Below are positions 1 through 11,592 of a stretch of DNA of 40,181 bases, in pieces. Each line of letters begins with the position of its first letter. Position 1 is the first letter of the stretch. A model generated the notes under the pieces. The model saw only the letters and a list, made by a program, of their open reading frames with translations. It was not told the origin of the DNA and searched no databases. The DNA lies in assembly GCA_013239625.1 (NCBI GenBank), contig PNXV01002595.1:1-40181 (forward strand), in the 5' to 3' direction. A program made the position numbers and the translations under genes. Origin of the DNA: Lama guanicoe. Its lineage: Eukaryota.

Positions 1-504
1 CTCTGAACAATGGATAAGACCAGACTATAAGAGTTTAAAAATTTTTTTATCAAAGGCTTCAATATAATGGAAGAGATTGAAATAGAGAAAACTCTCAAGA
101 TTGGCTACAAAATGTGAGAATTTCTGGATTGGATAGGCTGTACCTCCCATAAAGCCATGCTCTCAGTAAGAATGTTTTAGATATTGTCCTCCCTCCCGAA
201 GTAGACTCTTCCCCAGCATCTCAAGGTCCAGAATGTGCATGTGGGTGTGTGGGAAGAGGGGGGCACGGCTCTCATTCTCAGCCTCACAGTCATCCCTGGG
301 CCTGCCTAACAATGTACAGCCATACAGCTCTGTCACAATGACACAGATTTAAATCATGATGTCAAGCAGATTATCCCTTCCGTGTAACCTACATACGATC
401 CACAGGCTCGCTGATCCCTTTCCTCTCCGGAAAGTAATACTAGGTAAGGTAACAGCAACGTCATTTCATTGAGACAAACCAGTCTCCAGGATAACTATCA
501 AAGA

Positions 505-670
505 TTACTACACGTGTTACGCATTTCACCTTCCCAGCAATCCTACGTGATAATAATAATTATTATTATTTCCATTTTGCTAATTAGAAAAATTAGGTAA
601 GCGATATACCTCTCAATGCAAAAAAAAAAAAAGGTAGCAACCAGACTTCAAATGTAAATACTGAGTAAAA
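505..670 (-). mobile_element. MIR SINE fragment (decayed)
   Basis: 'cagcaatcctacgtga...attattatttccattttgctaattagaaaaatta' resembles the reverse-strand MIR core; boundaries approximate. Confidence 0.5.
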
Positions 671-1210
671 TAGGATAGAAAGTTGCTGAAGTTCTAGAAG
701 AGTAGCACTCCTAACACTCCTCTAGCTTGCCCTGCCACCAGCTCTGCCCCCAGCCCGAAAGTGTGAATGACAACTGTGTCTGGTCTTAGAACCTCCACAG
801 AATCCTGAGCGCGCCTTGGTAAGGTCCTGCCATATGAACACTTCTGTTGGGCATGGACAGGACCTCCGGTCACTGGGCCTGGCTGGGGTCCTGAAAAGGG
901 ATGACCTCCCTCATAGCCATGGTGGCGTTGGCAGCATTTGGAGGCAGGCAAGCTTGTTGTAGACCACTGACTCTCCATCCTGGTTTTCCATCACTCCATT
1001 GCTGGCTCCTTTAAGCATGTCACCGCCTGAGCAAAATGCTTCAGTGCCGAGAGGACAGAAACCTCTCAGACCTCTTTTCCTAGTGGTAGTAAACTGATTT
1101 GGGCTCAAATACAGTAAGGGCTGAATTTGGCCACAGATGGGAGAGGTTTTCCCCTAGACTCCTGATTCCGCTATATCCAAGAAGCTGCAGACCAGGAGAG
1201 TCACAACTTC

Positions 1211-1254
1211 TTTTTAGTTTATTTATCTATTTTTTAAACTGAAATATAGTTGAT
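1211..1254 (-). mobile_element. Extremely 5'-truncated L1 3' end with target-site duplication
   Basis: Reverse complement reads atcaactatatttcagttt plus an A-rich tail, matching the 'atcaactatacttcaat' L1 termini near 11555 and 32400. Flanks gagagtcacaacttct and gaaagtcacaattctt are near-identical. Confidence 0.65.
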
Positions 1255-1274
1255 GTGAGAAAGTCACAATTCTT

Positions 1275-1560
1275 CATTAAAAAGGTACTTCTATCTTGAA
1301 CATATAAATAACTCAATCCAAGAGAATAAATAACCCAATTAAAAATGTGCAGAGGATTTGAAGACACTTTAGTAAAAAAAGAAAAAAGTATGAATGGCCA
1401 ATAAGAATATAAAACGATGCTCAGCATCCTTAGTCACTGGGGAAATAAAAATTTACACCGCAATGAGATTGCCACTGTAAACACAGCAGAATGGCTAATA
1501 TGTGTATGTGTGTGTGTGTGTGTGTATTTCAAGTCTGATAATACCAAGTTTTACTGAAGA
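1275..1560 (+). mobile_element. Old L1M ORF2 C-terminal fragment
   Basis: 'taacccaattaaaaatgtgcagaggatttgaagacac...tgaatggccaataag...atgctcagcatccttagtcactggggaaata' matches the L1 ORF2 3' region; interrupted by (TG)n near 1501-1525. Confidence 0.7.
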
Positions 1561-2100
1561 GGTCATATCCAAGAATTTACAAAAATTATGAAAATCGTGA
1601 AGCCAGAGTCAAAAACTTTACAGAACTCTAAGCAAGAATATTACAAAGAACACACACCTACCTAGGTTATCAGAAAACCTCTGAAAAACGAAGAGCAAAA
1701 AAAAAAAAGAAAGAAAACCGAAAAACCAAATAGAGGGGAAAAAAAAAAACTATTTCCAAATGAGAAACAATGAGTGACAAAGATTTCTCATCAGAAGATG
1801 CAGAAGCCAGGTAACGACATAATGATGTCCTTGAAGGACCAAAAGAAAACACCTGCCGACGTAAACCTGTAAACCAGGCAAAAGCGTCCTCCAAAAGCAA
1901 ACGTTAAAAAAAAATGAGATGTCCAATCAAACAAAAACCAAGAGGACTGTTAGTGAACACCTGCAAAGAAGGAAACATTAAAGAGAGTTCTGGAGAAGAA
2001 AACTTAGTAAAGTGGGACTCCAAAAGATCAGGAATGAATAAAATGGAACAGAAAGAGCAAATGGGTGGATAAATGCAAACGAACCTCAGTCTTTTCCCAA
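1561..2100 (+). mobile_element. Old L1M/HAL1 ORF1 C-terminal fragment
   Basis: A-rich; 'agatttctcatcagaagatgcagaagccagg...aatgatgtccttgaagg..aaaagaaaacacctgcc' resembles the ORF1 DFS-ET-EARR-W motif region; frames are broken. Confidence 0.6.
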
Positions 2101-2734
2101 CTAAATGCTTTTTCTCATGTAATATATACATTTTAGATGATTTCGAGAACTTTCTCCGTTCTCACGATCATCTCTGACTGTACTTGGGAACCTTGCTCTT
2201 CAAGTGTGAAGCTCACTAATGCGTAAGTCATACGATGGATCTAAATTGTCTTACATAACAGAGTTCTACTTCACAAATATAATCTTTATGTGAATGAGCT
2301 CTATTTTAAGCCACGACAGCCTGATGGTTCCTACTGGATAGGCAGTCACCTAAAACACCACTTCTTTTAATGAAAAAATGCCAATGAATGACTTCTCACA
2401 CCACCCAAGGCCCCTTCCCTCAGTCCCACATTTATGTTGTATGTTTTGCATCTTAACCACCTCATGTCATGGAACGTTATGTTATCAACATCCATTGATT
2501 TCCGTTTGACATTGTCCTAACCTCCTGGGTTTGAAGAAAGAGACCAAGTTCCCAGGATGTGCACTGGAGAATTTCCCACTGCACCGAAGCTTTCCAAGGC
2601 ACATTTCATTCTGTTTACTGCTTTTTCCCTGTGTATGGTGTGCTATGAGGAAAAGCAGGGCATCTATAAGTCACATAACTATTTCACAAGGTCTGTGCCT
2701 AATATCATTTATTACATGATGAGTAACCGTGCCA

Positions 2735-2965
2735 ATTACGTACCTGGCATCTTATGGTCCTACATCGACACTTCTCTGCTCTGTGATGCTAAGGCTGGGT
2801 GTCTATAAATTAAACTTTCCAGTTTCCTTTGCCAACCAGTCTCCTGTAAGTTCTCCCAAAGGGGGCATTAGTGAAAGATCAGAATATGGGAAAAGGGGAG
2901 AAGAAATTCCCCTTACTTGCTTTTCCTCTGCCTCTGGCAGCATCTTTGGAAGTGTGTATGTCTCC
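2735..2965 (+). mobile_element. LTR33-like ERVL LTR, 5' part (probable 5' LTR of the provirus)
   Basis: 'ctctgctctgtgatgctaaggctggg...tcctttgccaaccagtctcctgtaagttctcccaaagggggcattag' resembles the LTR33A/B 5' half. Confidence 0.55.
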
Positions 2966-3050
2966 TGAATGATCTTGATTGGACCTTGATGCATACAATA
3001 TTTAGTATCAAAAGCCTTGATATTAGCAAAAATGATGAGTTCTATCATCT

Positions 3051-3422
3051 CACAGCATTCATTTAATTATTTAACTATTTAACTACTAACTTTTTGGCTG
3101 TGCAAAAGTTCGCTGGGAAGTCATCTTGGGAAATGACTGTGGATTTATCACAAAATAAATCAGGTGGTAGCTTACATTATACCCGGTGTTCCATATGTAT
3201 TATCTTTCATTGAACAAAATAAAATCACCTGGCACCAGACACAGCATTCATTATTTAACTATTTAACTACTAACTTTTTGGCTGTGCAAAAGTTCGCTGG
3301 GAAGTCATCTTGGGAAATGACTGTGGATTTATCACAAAATAAATCAGGTGGTAGCTTACATTATACCCGGTGTTCCATATGTATTATCTTTCATTGAACA
3401 AAATAAAATCACCTGGCACCAG
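3051..3422. repeat. Tandem duplication, 2 copies (188 bp at 3051-3238; 183 bp at 3240-3422)
   Basis: Both copies run cacagcattc...acctggcaccag and look identical except for an extra 5 bp (tttaa) in copy 1; one extra 'a' at the junction. Confidence 0.97.
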
Positions 3423-6406
3423 CCATGCAGCTGTTTCTTTATGAGATTTTTTCTCTGTATGTATTAATTTCTAAAGACCATGTGAAACAGGGAGCTTTGA
3501 CCTGACAGCTTAGCAATACTCTTCCACTGACTTGCCCCAGAGCTGTGAGGGTGTTCCTCATCTCTGTCATAAACTAATCTGCAGCGTATTGAACTACGAG
3601 CGTAGTGAGACCCCACAGAACATCGTGCTGATCCCCTCCCTCGGTGACCTTATGCCGCCTGAACTTGATAAATAGGAAGCAGCAACTACTAAAGATGCCT
3701 TAATAACATTCAAACGTATCAGAGGCTAGGAGATAAACTCCAGAATAATATATAGACCTGGTACTTTTGTGACATTTCCAGGGGTCCAGTGGAGTTTCCC
3801 TTATACAGACTATCATTCAGAAATGACCCCAGTGCATGTTGGGCTTCTTTGGATTTTGGAGGCAACCTATGTACACCGCATTTGACGATCTGTCTACTGA
3901 CCACCGAAAGACTTCCCATTGTGGGTAGGTTCTGAAGCTGAGCCAGGTTACAATGGAGGGTGCTCTGTGGTTTAGGTCTTGGTGTCCAGCCTTCCCAATA
4001 AAACTCAGAATAACCACTGCAAACAGAAATGCTGAGTGAGAATCCAGGAGTCACCAACAGACAAATCATGACGCCATTCCTCTAGGATTTTGAAGCAAAA
4101 TAACACACTGTTCCAAAGATATTACTAGACTCTAGGGAAAAAAAATTTTTTTTAGATAGATTATCTGGGCTCTGATGGAGACTTGATGTCTGATCAAGGG
4201 ACAAAAACGGACCTGAGTTGCATCATGAGCTGGGTGTTCTATAATCCACTAAATCAAAAACGTAGGGATGAGAAGCAGCACTCCAACACCAAGTGGAAGG
4301 GTTTTAGCAAGAAGAGGTCTTGGAGGTCTAAGTAAATTGCACAAGCAGGAGGCTCAGAAGCCCCTGGCACGTCCACTGAATGCTCCGTCTGTCACCACTC
4401 CTTCAACCAACCCCCACGGCCCTACCGGATAATCCTAATGACCGGTTTACAGAGGAAGAGATGATTCAGCCCTGGGTCACAGATGTTTCTGTGTGATACG
4501 CAGCCGCCAGCCTCAAGTGACCGTTGTGCTTCAGTCCTACTCACTAACGCCCCCGAGAGGCAGCAGTGAAAGGCAATCTCCCCATCTCCTATCCTAATCT
4601 GGCCTAACTTTGAGACGTATATATTTTACTTTGCCTGGACAGAAATATGGCCAGAGGGGCAAGCCTATACTGGTTCTCAAACCACAGATAATAATTTGCC
4701 TTAAGAATCAGGTCACTGGAAAGGAAAAAAAAAATCAAGGAATAAAAATATAAGGAGTTGAGGGGAAGAAGCATGGGATGGCCCTCCTAGTATGGGCACA
4801 GCAAGAGAGGATATATTTGTTCTGTGTGATTGATTTAAGGGTCCCCAGAGCAGAGGAAGTTCTCAAATATTAGGTAGACAAAATGACCCTTTCTGTGCAT
4901 ATTAGCCGTCTCTGTCCAGCCACCCCGATGCTTATTCAATAGACTCACATTCAAAGAGCCATAGCAGCAGGAATGGAAAGTCATATATTGGGCAATGACA
5001 TTATCTCTCATCTCACCAAGAAACCTACTTCTATCACTCCTGATGGCTTACCTTTCCAATGGGCCCTCATAGGTCGTCATTTCTCAAACGGATCATCCCA
5101 GGGACCTGTCGGCAGGTCTGACTATGTTAGATTCTTTTCTGTAATATTGGGAGCAGCAGTCTGCCCTCAAAAGAACAGGAAGTTGCTCTGATGAGAATCT
5201 TCCTTCCCTGCTCAAAACTTTTCTGCCTGACCCACCACCCATGGATTAATGAAATGCCGTGTTCACAGTCCACAGTATACAACAGTGGTTCCAACCCAAC
5301 AATTCATTCTAACATCAAAGTGCGCCAATAAGCTAACTGCATGATATTCACTGGTTTTACACCATGTACCCCTTCCCCCAGGTGCACTTGACCAGATGGA
5401 ATGGCCAATGGCAAACTCACTTTCAAAAAGTGATATGTGCTCTGGACTAGTGATCAGCGTGTGGTACTACTGCTTCCATGGCCATAATGCATGAGTTTGG
5501 AAACAAAGAGCTAGAAGTGAGGGACGGCTCTTCTCCGTATCACACCTAATAAACCAGCCAAACAAGTCTGCCTCCCATCCCACCAACTTCAGGCTATGAT
5601 GTTTTTGAGTTCTTAGTTCTCAAAGAAAGACTGTTGCCATCAACTGGCACAACAGTGACCCCTTTGAAGTGGCAGTTGAGGTTGTCACCTGGCCATTTTG
5701 GGCTCCTCCTGCTACTAACTCAAGAGTCAAAGAAGACAGTTACTTATCAGCTGATTATGGTTATGAAAAGGGATTGTTAAACAATGGAGGGAGGAAAGAC
5801 TATGTTTGGAACCCAGAGGGTCCCCTGGGGCACCTCTAAGAAATTCAAAGTAAGGTTAAAAAAAAGTCCTGAAAGACTAAAGGAATCCATTAAATAAGAC
5901 CACTGGGAACTGAGCTATTGCAGGAATGAGTGTCTGAATCATCCCAAAAGACACAGGGTTCCAACCATTTGAGATACTGACTGAGGGCGAATGGAACCTG
6001 GAATGAATGAGTAATAGAAGTAAGAAGCTCTAAGTGTCAACTACGGCCTTGTGACAAGATACAAAAACACAGCAATGGCAGGAATGCATTTTTTTTCTTC
6101 CCTGCCTGTCACTTACCCACGCACCTAAACACACAGACACACACACACACATTTGTCCTCTTCTTTCCCTCTACTATTTGTATAGAATGTAGATGGTAGT
6201 TTAACTTTAAAAATATTTAGTCTTTAAGTTACACAATATCCAGATGGGCTTTTTGTACCTGAAATGAGAAGGAACTAGTATCACTCAGGGACAGAGGCAG
6301 GGATGGATTGATGGAACTTGGTATCTTCCCTACGTGAGAGAGTCTTAAGCATCATTCTATGCACCAAGGAGAACTGGGGCTTCACTAAGCAGAAGCATGA
6401 AGCTAC

Positions 6407-6975
6407 TGTTGGAGAGGAAGACATTTTCTCCTACCTTTCTAGGTTCCTCCGGCTGGTCTAAGAATTAAATGGACATGAGACAGGTTAACCAGAGAAAATC
6501 GAGAAACTCAAACAAAATTTTAATAATGCATATACATGGGAGAGTCCCAGGAGAACTGAGTAACTCACCAAGATGGCCAAAACCCTCACCTAACTACGAC
6601 CTTCAGCTAAAGGCAGAAGATGATGTTGGTGGCAGTGGTTTGGGACTTCGAAGGGAAGGAAGGCAATTGACACGGAGATGGAAAAGGCAGTGCTGGTAAA
6701 TAAGTGTTTGCTGGGCCAGGCAGAGACAAAGGGACACAGAGAGGAATTCCAACAAACACGCTCCGCCAGGTTGCTCCCTGTCTACACACCAAGTTCATAC
6801 TGTAGGTATCTATGGTGATGCCCCCTCCTGGAATAGGTCCTCTGTCTACATTTTTTAAGCAGTTAGAAGGAAGGACAAAATTTCTTCCTGAGTCTTTGGG
6901 GCCTCGATTGTCTTCAGCCTGAAATAAAATGCATGCTAAGAAACATCTGGGGGTGGTAAATTCTACTCCTGTACA
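6407..6975 (-). mobile_element. ERV1-type solo LTR (MER34/MER39-related), nested in the ERVL
   Basis: TG...CA termini; reverse complement starts tgtacaggagtagaatttaccacccccagatgtttcttagcatg, like the MER34/39-group 5' end. TSD poorly preserved. Confidence 0.75.
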
Positions 6976-7062
6976 GTAACACTGCTGGGTAAGCACTGAA
7001 GTGTAAATGTGATAAGGGTGTTGGTGAACACCGAAGGGCTCAATAAATAAATTAGGGTAGTG

Positions 7063-7475
7063 ACTGACCTGCTGCCTCTTAGCCTCATACCTGCCTTTCT
7101 CAGTTCTGCTCAATACAGCCAAGGCTGGGGGTCTGCATTTCCAGGAAGCCTGGTGGGTTGAAGCGGCAGGCAGTCTTGATGGAGTCAGACACAAGGAAAG
7201 GGAAGGAGCAGCGTCTCTTCCTTGCTCTACCTTTACCCCTAGTGGCATCTCAGGAAGTGTCGGCAGCCCTGGTGCCAGCCCTGAGCCCTCCTCACGGTCC
7301 CAGCACCGACAGGGGCCTGTGCTTGGGACTCTGGGACTCAGGTAACGCCACTTCCTCTCTGTTCTCTCACCAGCACTAGAAGTGGTTTGCGTTTCCTACA
7401 AATTATTAATTTCCATCCCCCATTCACTCTCTCTTTGAAACGTGGAGAGTGTTTTCTTTTCCCCTGCCTGACACA
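7063..7475 (+). mobile_element. LTR33-like ERVL 3' LTR
   Basis: Follows a PPT-like 'agggtagtgac'; ends 'ctctctttgaaacgtggagagtgttttcttttcccctgcctgacaca', like the LTR33 3' end. Confidence 0.65.
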
Positions 7476-7536
7476 GCCTTCTTTGATCATTCCATCCATC
7501 TTTCCTAGACCTGAAAATATCTCAGTTCATCTGAAT

Positions 7537-7775
7537 CAGTGATTTTCACAACAGTTTCTTGGAGGCTGGGGGTTTCCAGAAGCCCCTTCAGAGCAGCTGC
7601 TAAGGAAAAAATAAAAGGAAGGGAAGGAGGTGAGAAAAGACTGATAGTGTTTGAAAAACACCCCCCTCACTTCCACCATATTATTTCTGTCTCATATGTT
7701 TTACTTGTTTACATTTCTCAGAGGGATCTGATCACAACAGAGGCTTTTGCATACAATAAAACGTTTGAAATCATG
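7537..7775 (+). mobile_element. hAT-Charlie MITE (MER103C-like)
   Basis: Degenerate TIRs cagtgattttca...tttgaaatcatg; 5' portion similar to MER103C. Confidence 0.6.
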
Positions 7776-8689
7776 GATTTTTTTCCACTGACAAACATGT
7801 CGAAGAGATCTCGGTCGGGGATAAAAATCTGACTATTGCCTCAGTAGAAGGTGTTGCGTTCTGTTGGGGGAGTGGGGATGGTGGCACACCCCTGGAACCC
7901 AAACTTACTCCCTTTCCTCTCTCTCACTCCAGCCACCTCATCAACCACGCTTCTGTTCTGATGGCCCTGAGCCTCTGTGTCCTGTTTCCAGGGTACTTTT
8001 ACTCTCGGGAGTCTGGCTGAACATTTTCCTGAACGCGTTGTGTATCACAAGACTGAAAGCATCCATGAAAGCCTGCAGTAAAAATAACCCAAACAAATGA
8101 CTACCCCGTCACGTGTCCTATTAGCAAAGCACTTGTGTGGGAACAAAATGTTGTTGCTGGTTTTGTTTTTTTGTTTTTTTTTTAATACAGTCAAGGCCCC
8201 AGTGGGGCATGAATGTGGAAGATCATCCCACTTTATAATATATGCACCATAATCTTCTTAAAATGAGTTTTCACTTCAAGAAACAGAAGGACTTAAATAT
8301 GAGCAGCCTGTTTTGCGCGCTTGTGTGTTTGGCATCTCATTACACTTCAGACCATTTTGTCTTCTTAGAACAATTGAATATCATTAGTGGAGGCATATTT
8401 TGTTGCCAGAACTTGCTTGGTTGCCATTGTGCTTGTTAAAATGTGTTCATTTGGCAGCTGATGGATGGGAATTCTGAAGGGTGCCTGGTGGGTGAGTATT
8501 TGAATATCAGAACTTTCATCTCTTTTCTTCCAGGGAGAAAAATAGCTTTGCTACCAACCAAGAAAAAGCATGAATTGTCCTTGACTCCCCCTCCCTCTTT
8601 TGTCTTCTTTGTGGAACACTCTGTTTAGCTCACAGAGTTTCTATCACGCACCCAGAACCGTGCAAGATATAAAAGCTTCAGAGCCAGGC

Positions 8690-8890
8690 AAGGCTTGGAA
8701 CAAAGCCAGCAGCCTGGGCTTTATTTACATAGTGACAAATCACGAACCTTGGGCAAATCACGAACCTCTCGGGCCTCAGGGTTTTAATCTGCAAAATGGG
8801 CCTCCTAATGCTTATTTTTTCAGAATCCTTACAATGGAAATTCCTCACCTGGTTTGGATACCTAGTGGATGCTCAATGATTGGTAGTTGG
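8690..8890 (+). mobile_element. MIR SINE
   Basis: Core 'accttgggcaaatcacgaacctctcgggcctcagggttttaatctgcaaaatggg'. Confidence 0.75.
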
Positions 8891-9039
8891 CCAAAATAAT
8901 AGATTTTTTTTAAAATGCAAAAATCAGTTAGAGAAGAGCTGAAAAGCAAATCGAGGGCAACATTAATTAGAATAGAACCAGGCAGTAAACCATGAGGTCC
9001 CCCAAAATAAATCACTGTAGAGGCAAGACCTAGAAGTTA

Positions 9040-9701
9040 CAGGAGATGCTTATCACTTGTAGCAGTGAAGTTCTGGAAGGTCACCAGGAACACAGCTTAG
9101 CAAACAATGAACCACTGCTCCTGGGGCAAAAACAGGATTTGATTCCTGTGAGCCTCTGGTCACAACACTTTCATCAATAATCCATGAATGAGCTCATGCT
9201 ATGTTTGTTTCTTTTAATGACATTTCATTTAATACGTATTGTCGATTCATTTAACTTGACCTCATAGCCAACAACACCCTAACTCATCCGTGGATGATGC
9301 TCACCTACACTTATATTTTCTCCATGGGGCACATCCCAGTCTTTCTGCTTCTCTTGCTTAAGAACAATAGACAGTAATTCAGTACCATGCTTGGGGGTCA
9401 ATTTAAACAGGTTAATCAGCAACAAGAAACGTAAACTACACAAAAATGTGAAAAATGTCACACAAAGTAGACCATGAAGAGGACACTTTACAGCACAGGA
9501 GCTGAAACAAGGGGGCAGAGCATCATCTTTTTCAGCCTCAGCTAAGACGTACACAGGGAGACAAACTTTTTGCTGCTTTGTGCATGTGCATGTCGGTGGC
9601 TGACCGTAAAGATGCCATGAGTAGTGATGTGGGGTTTACAAATAATTTTAGCAAGTAGGTGAATTAGAAAAAAGGAATCTGCAAATAAGGGAGATCAACT
9701 G
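9040..9701 (-). mobile_element. TcMar-Tigger non-autonomous element (MER82-like), near full length
   Basis: TA dinucleotides on both flanks, cag...ctg termini, internal 'ttcctgtgagcctctggtcacaaca' and 'tttacaaataattttagcaagtaggtgaatt'. Confidence 0.85.
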
Positions 9702-9859
9702 TAAATACCAAAAGGGGCCCTTGGACAGAGCTGGGATGCCCTAAAATGAGTGATGAGAGGAGAGAGTCCAGAATCAGCAAGGCAAGATCACTGGAAGTCA
9801 GCAGCAGTGTGTGCGAACAAATCATAAGCCAAGAATCCTCTGGCCCAGACCTGACATGA

Positions 9860-10140
9860 CGCTCCTGTTCACTTCCTTCACATCTGATTAAATGCGCCCT
9901 GCTCGGAGGGGCTTTCCCTGGCTTCCCCATCAATCAGCATTTACCTTCCATTGCTCTCTAGACTTTCTTCTGCCTTATTCTCCTCCAGAACACATCAGCG
10001 TGACCTGACATGTGTGAGTTTTTATTCGTGAGGGGTCTGCCTTCCCTGCCAGAATGCAGACCCCATGAGGTCGGGGCTTTGTGGATTCCATTCACCAGCC
10101 CGGGGCCCTGCAGACCACCTGCAACAGTGTGCTTGTCACT
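9860..10140 (+). mobile_element. L2 3' fragment
   Basis: 'gtctgccttccctgccagaatgcagaccccatgaggtcggggctttgt...ttcacc' matches the L2 3' end. Confidence 0.7.
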
Positions 10141-10579
10141 GTCTGGTGATTGTGGTCAGAAATTGTAATTAATCCAAAGAACACATGAAGAAGTACACTT
10201 TTCCTCTAAGAGGAAAGAAACAGTCATTTGAGTGGAGCGTCTTATCAGATACGGAAGATTTATAGTGCTTCTGATACTATATGCAAAATTAAAGGAGAGA
10301 AAAATTGTTCCTATCCTCTTGGGGTAAACAAAATAAAAAGACAGGAGAAACAGACTCAGGATGGAGATCATTCTATGAGGCATCAGGAATTACAGCTAAG
10401 CATGATCGTTTATTTATATATATGTATATATTTAATCTTTCCAGCGAGACAAGGATCTGTGGCATTGTGGAAAAAGGGAATGGAGAATGTAGATTAATAT
10501 ACAGATTGCTTTGCCTGTACCTACGTGCCAGAACCAAGTAAATACAAGTTTCTCAGTCTTGAAACTTTGGGGATGTTTC

Positions 10580-11238
10580 TGTTGCTGGTGGATGCAACCG
10601 GTGTTCCAGGTTCTTGTCCCATCCCAGAAAGAATTCAGAGATAAGATGTAGTGGTTTGAAAAAGGAAACTGAGGATTTATTAAAGGATGGATAGTACACT
10701 CTCACGGGGAGAGCAGGCAGGCTCAGGTGAGTGGCTGCCCTGAGTTTCTTTGGCAAGTTGATTACATAGGGTGTAAAAATGAATGGGTGGAATATTCACT
10801 GGGGAGGGAAGGGTTTGGGGTCGCATTCCCTGATTATCATCCCAACTCCACCTTCCCAAAGGGAGGAGGGATTTTTGTCCTTATTTAGTCTGGATCGGAA
10901 GTGTCATGGAGTCGGTGCATGATGGGGACTTCTGATCTGCAAGGCTAATTTTATTGAAATGAGGGCATAATGAGTAAAAGGTAACATTCGGACACTGGAA
11001 ATTCCTGCCTTTTCTCACCTTTCTTTGTTGGTCTCCAGGCCACTCATCACCCCAAAAGGGGTGACCCCTTATCAGCCCAAAGTTTCCTGCTTTTCTTTCT
11101 CTGCTCAGGGACCCCTGGTGCTTACATGATGTCTGGCTTCCTGCATTTGGCCTGTGCCCCTCCTTTCTGCCCAATTCCTGCCATTCGGTCTGTGTCCCCC
11201 TCTTTCTGCTCGTATCTAGCTATCTGCCTGCTCTGACA
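10580..11238 (-). mobile_element. ERV solo LTR, about 659 bp (probably a lineage-specific ERV1)
   Basis: TG...CA termini, 4-bp flanks tttc/ttta, minus-strand AATAAA at 10676-10681 about 100 bp from the U5 end. Confidence 0.8.
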
Positions 11239-11382
11239 TTTACACTCAAAAACATCACCCCCTTCCAATCCCAAACCACAGCATGTAAAGCATGCCTGAT
11301 TATTTCATGCTGGTTCTAGGTCCTTTCTTACTCATAGTCCTCATAGAAATTATAGCAAGCATCTGTCCTTAACAAAAAAACA

Positions 11383-11592
11383 ACATATTACTGTATATAA
11401 AATAGATAAACAACAAAGACCTACTGTACAGCACAGAGAACTATACTCAATTTCTTATAATAACCTATAATGGAAAAGAATCTGAAAATATATGTATGTA
11501 TGTATATGTGTAACGGAATCACTTTGCTATACACATGAAGCTAACATTGTAAATCAACTACACTTCAATAAAAAACAAAAAAAATTAAAAAA
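11383..11592 (+). mobile_element. L1 3' UTR terminus (cetartiodactyl type) with A tail
   Basis: 'aaatagataaacaacaaagacctactgtacagcacagagaactatactcaa...ttgtaaatcaactacacttcaataaaaaa'. Confidence 0.9.

Larger units (their letters stand above)
2966..7062 (+). mobile_element. ERVL (class III) internal region: decayed pol (RT, RNase H, integrase) and dUTPase; interrupted by an LTR at 6407-6975
   Basis: Colinear ERVL peptide remnants: WAVQK/SWEMTVD (3124), GFFGFWRQ (3842), PLGF*SK (~4080), IMSWVF (4222), RNase H 'TD' region (~4475), integrase HW-YHV/RWNG (~5350-5405), dUTPase LRLSPGHFGLL (5676), YVWNP (5801). Many stops and frameshifts; YxDD decayed (~3640). Confidence 0.88.

Noticed and set aside
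550..569. Perfect 20-bp palindrome ataataataattattattat
   Set aside because: Low-complexity (AAT)n/(ATT)n expansion inside a MIR.
694..1108. Minus-strand ORFs as a possible processed pseudogene
   Set aside because: No recognisable protein in any frame, and no poly(A) tail or TSD.
3051..3422. CRISPR-like or other repeat-spacer array
   Set aside because: Only two abutting copies with no spacers, in mammalian DNA.
2966..6100. Domesticated or intact retroviral pol/dUTPase gene
   Set aside because: Frequent stops and frameshifts; the catalytic YxDD motif is lost.
6607..7248. Longest ORF in the window (213 aa)
   Set aside because: It crosses two unrelated LTRs and has no protein-like features; a chance frame.
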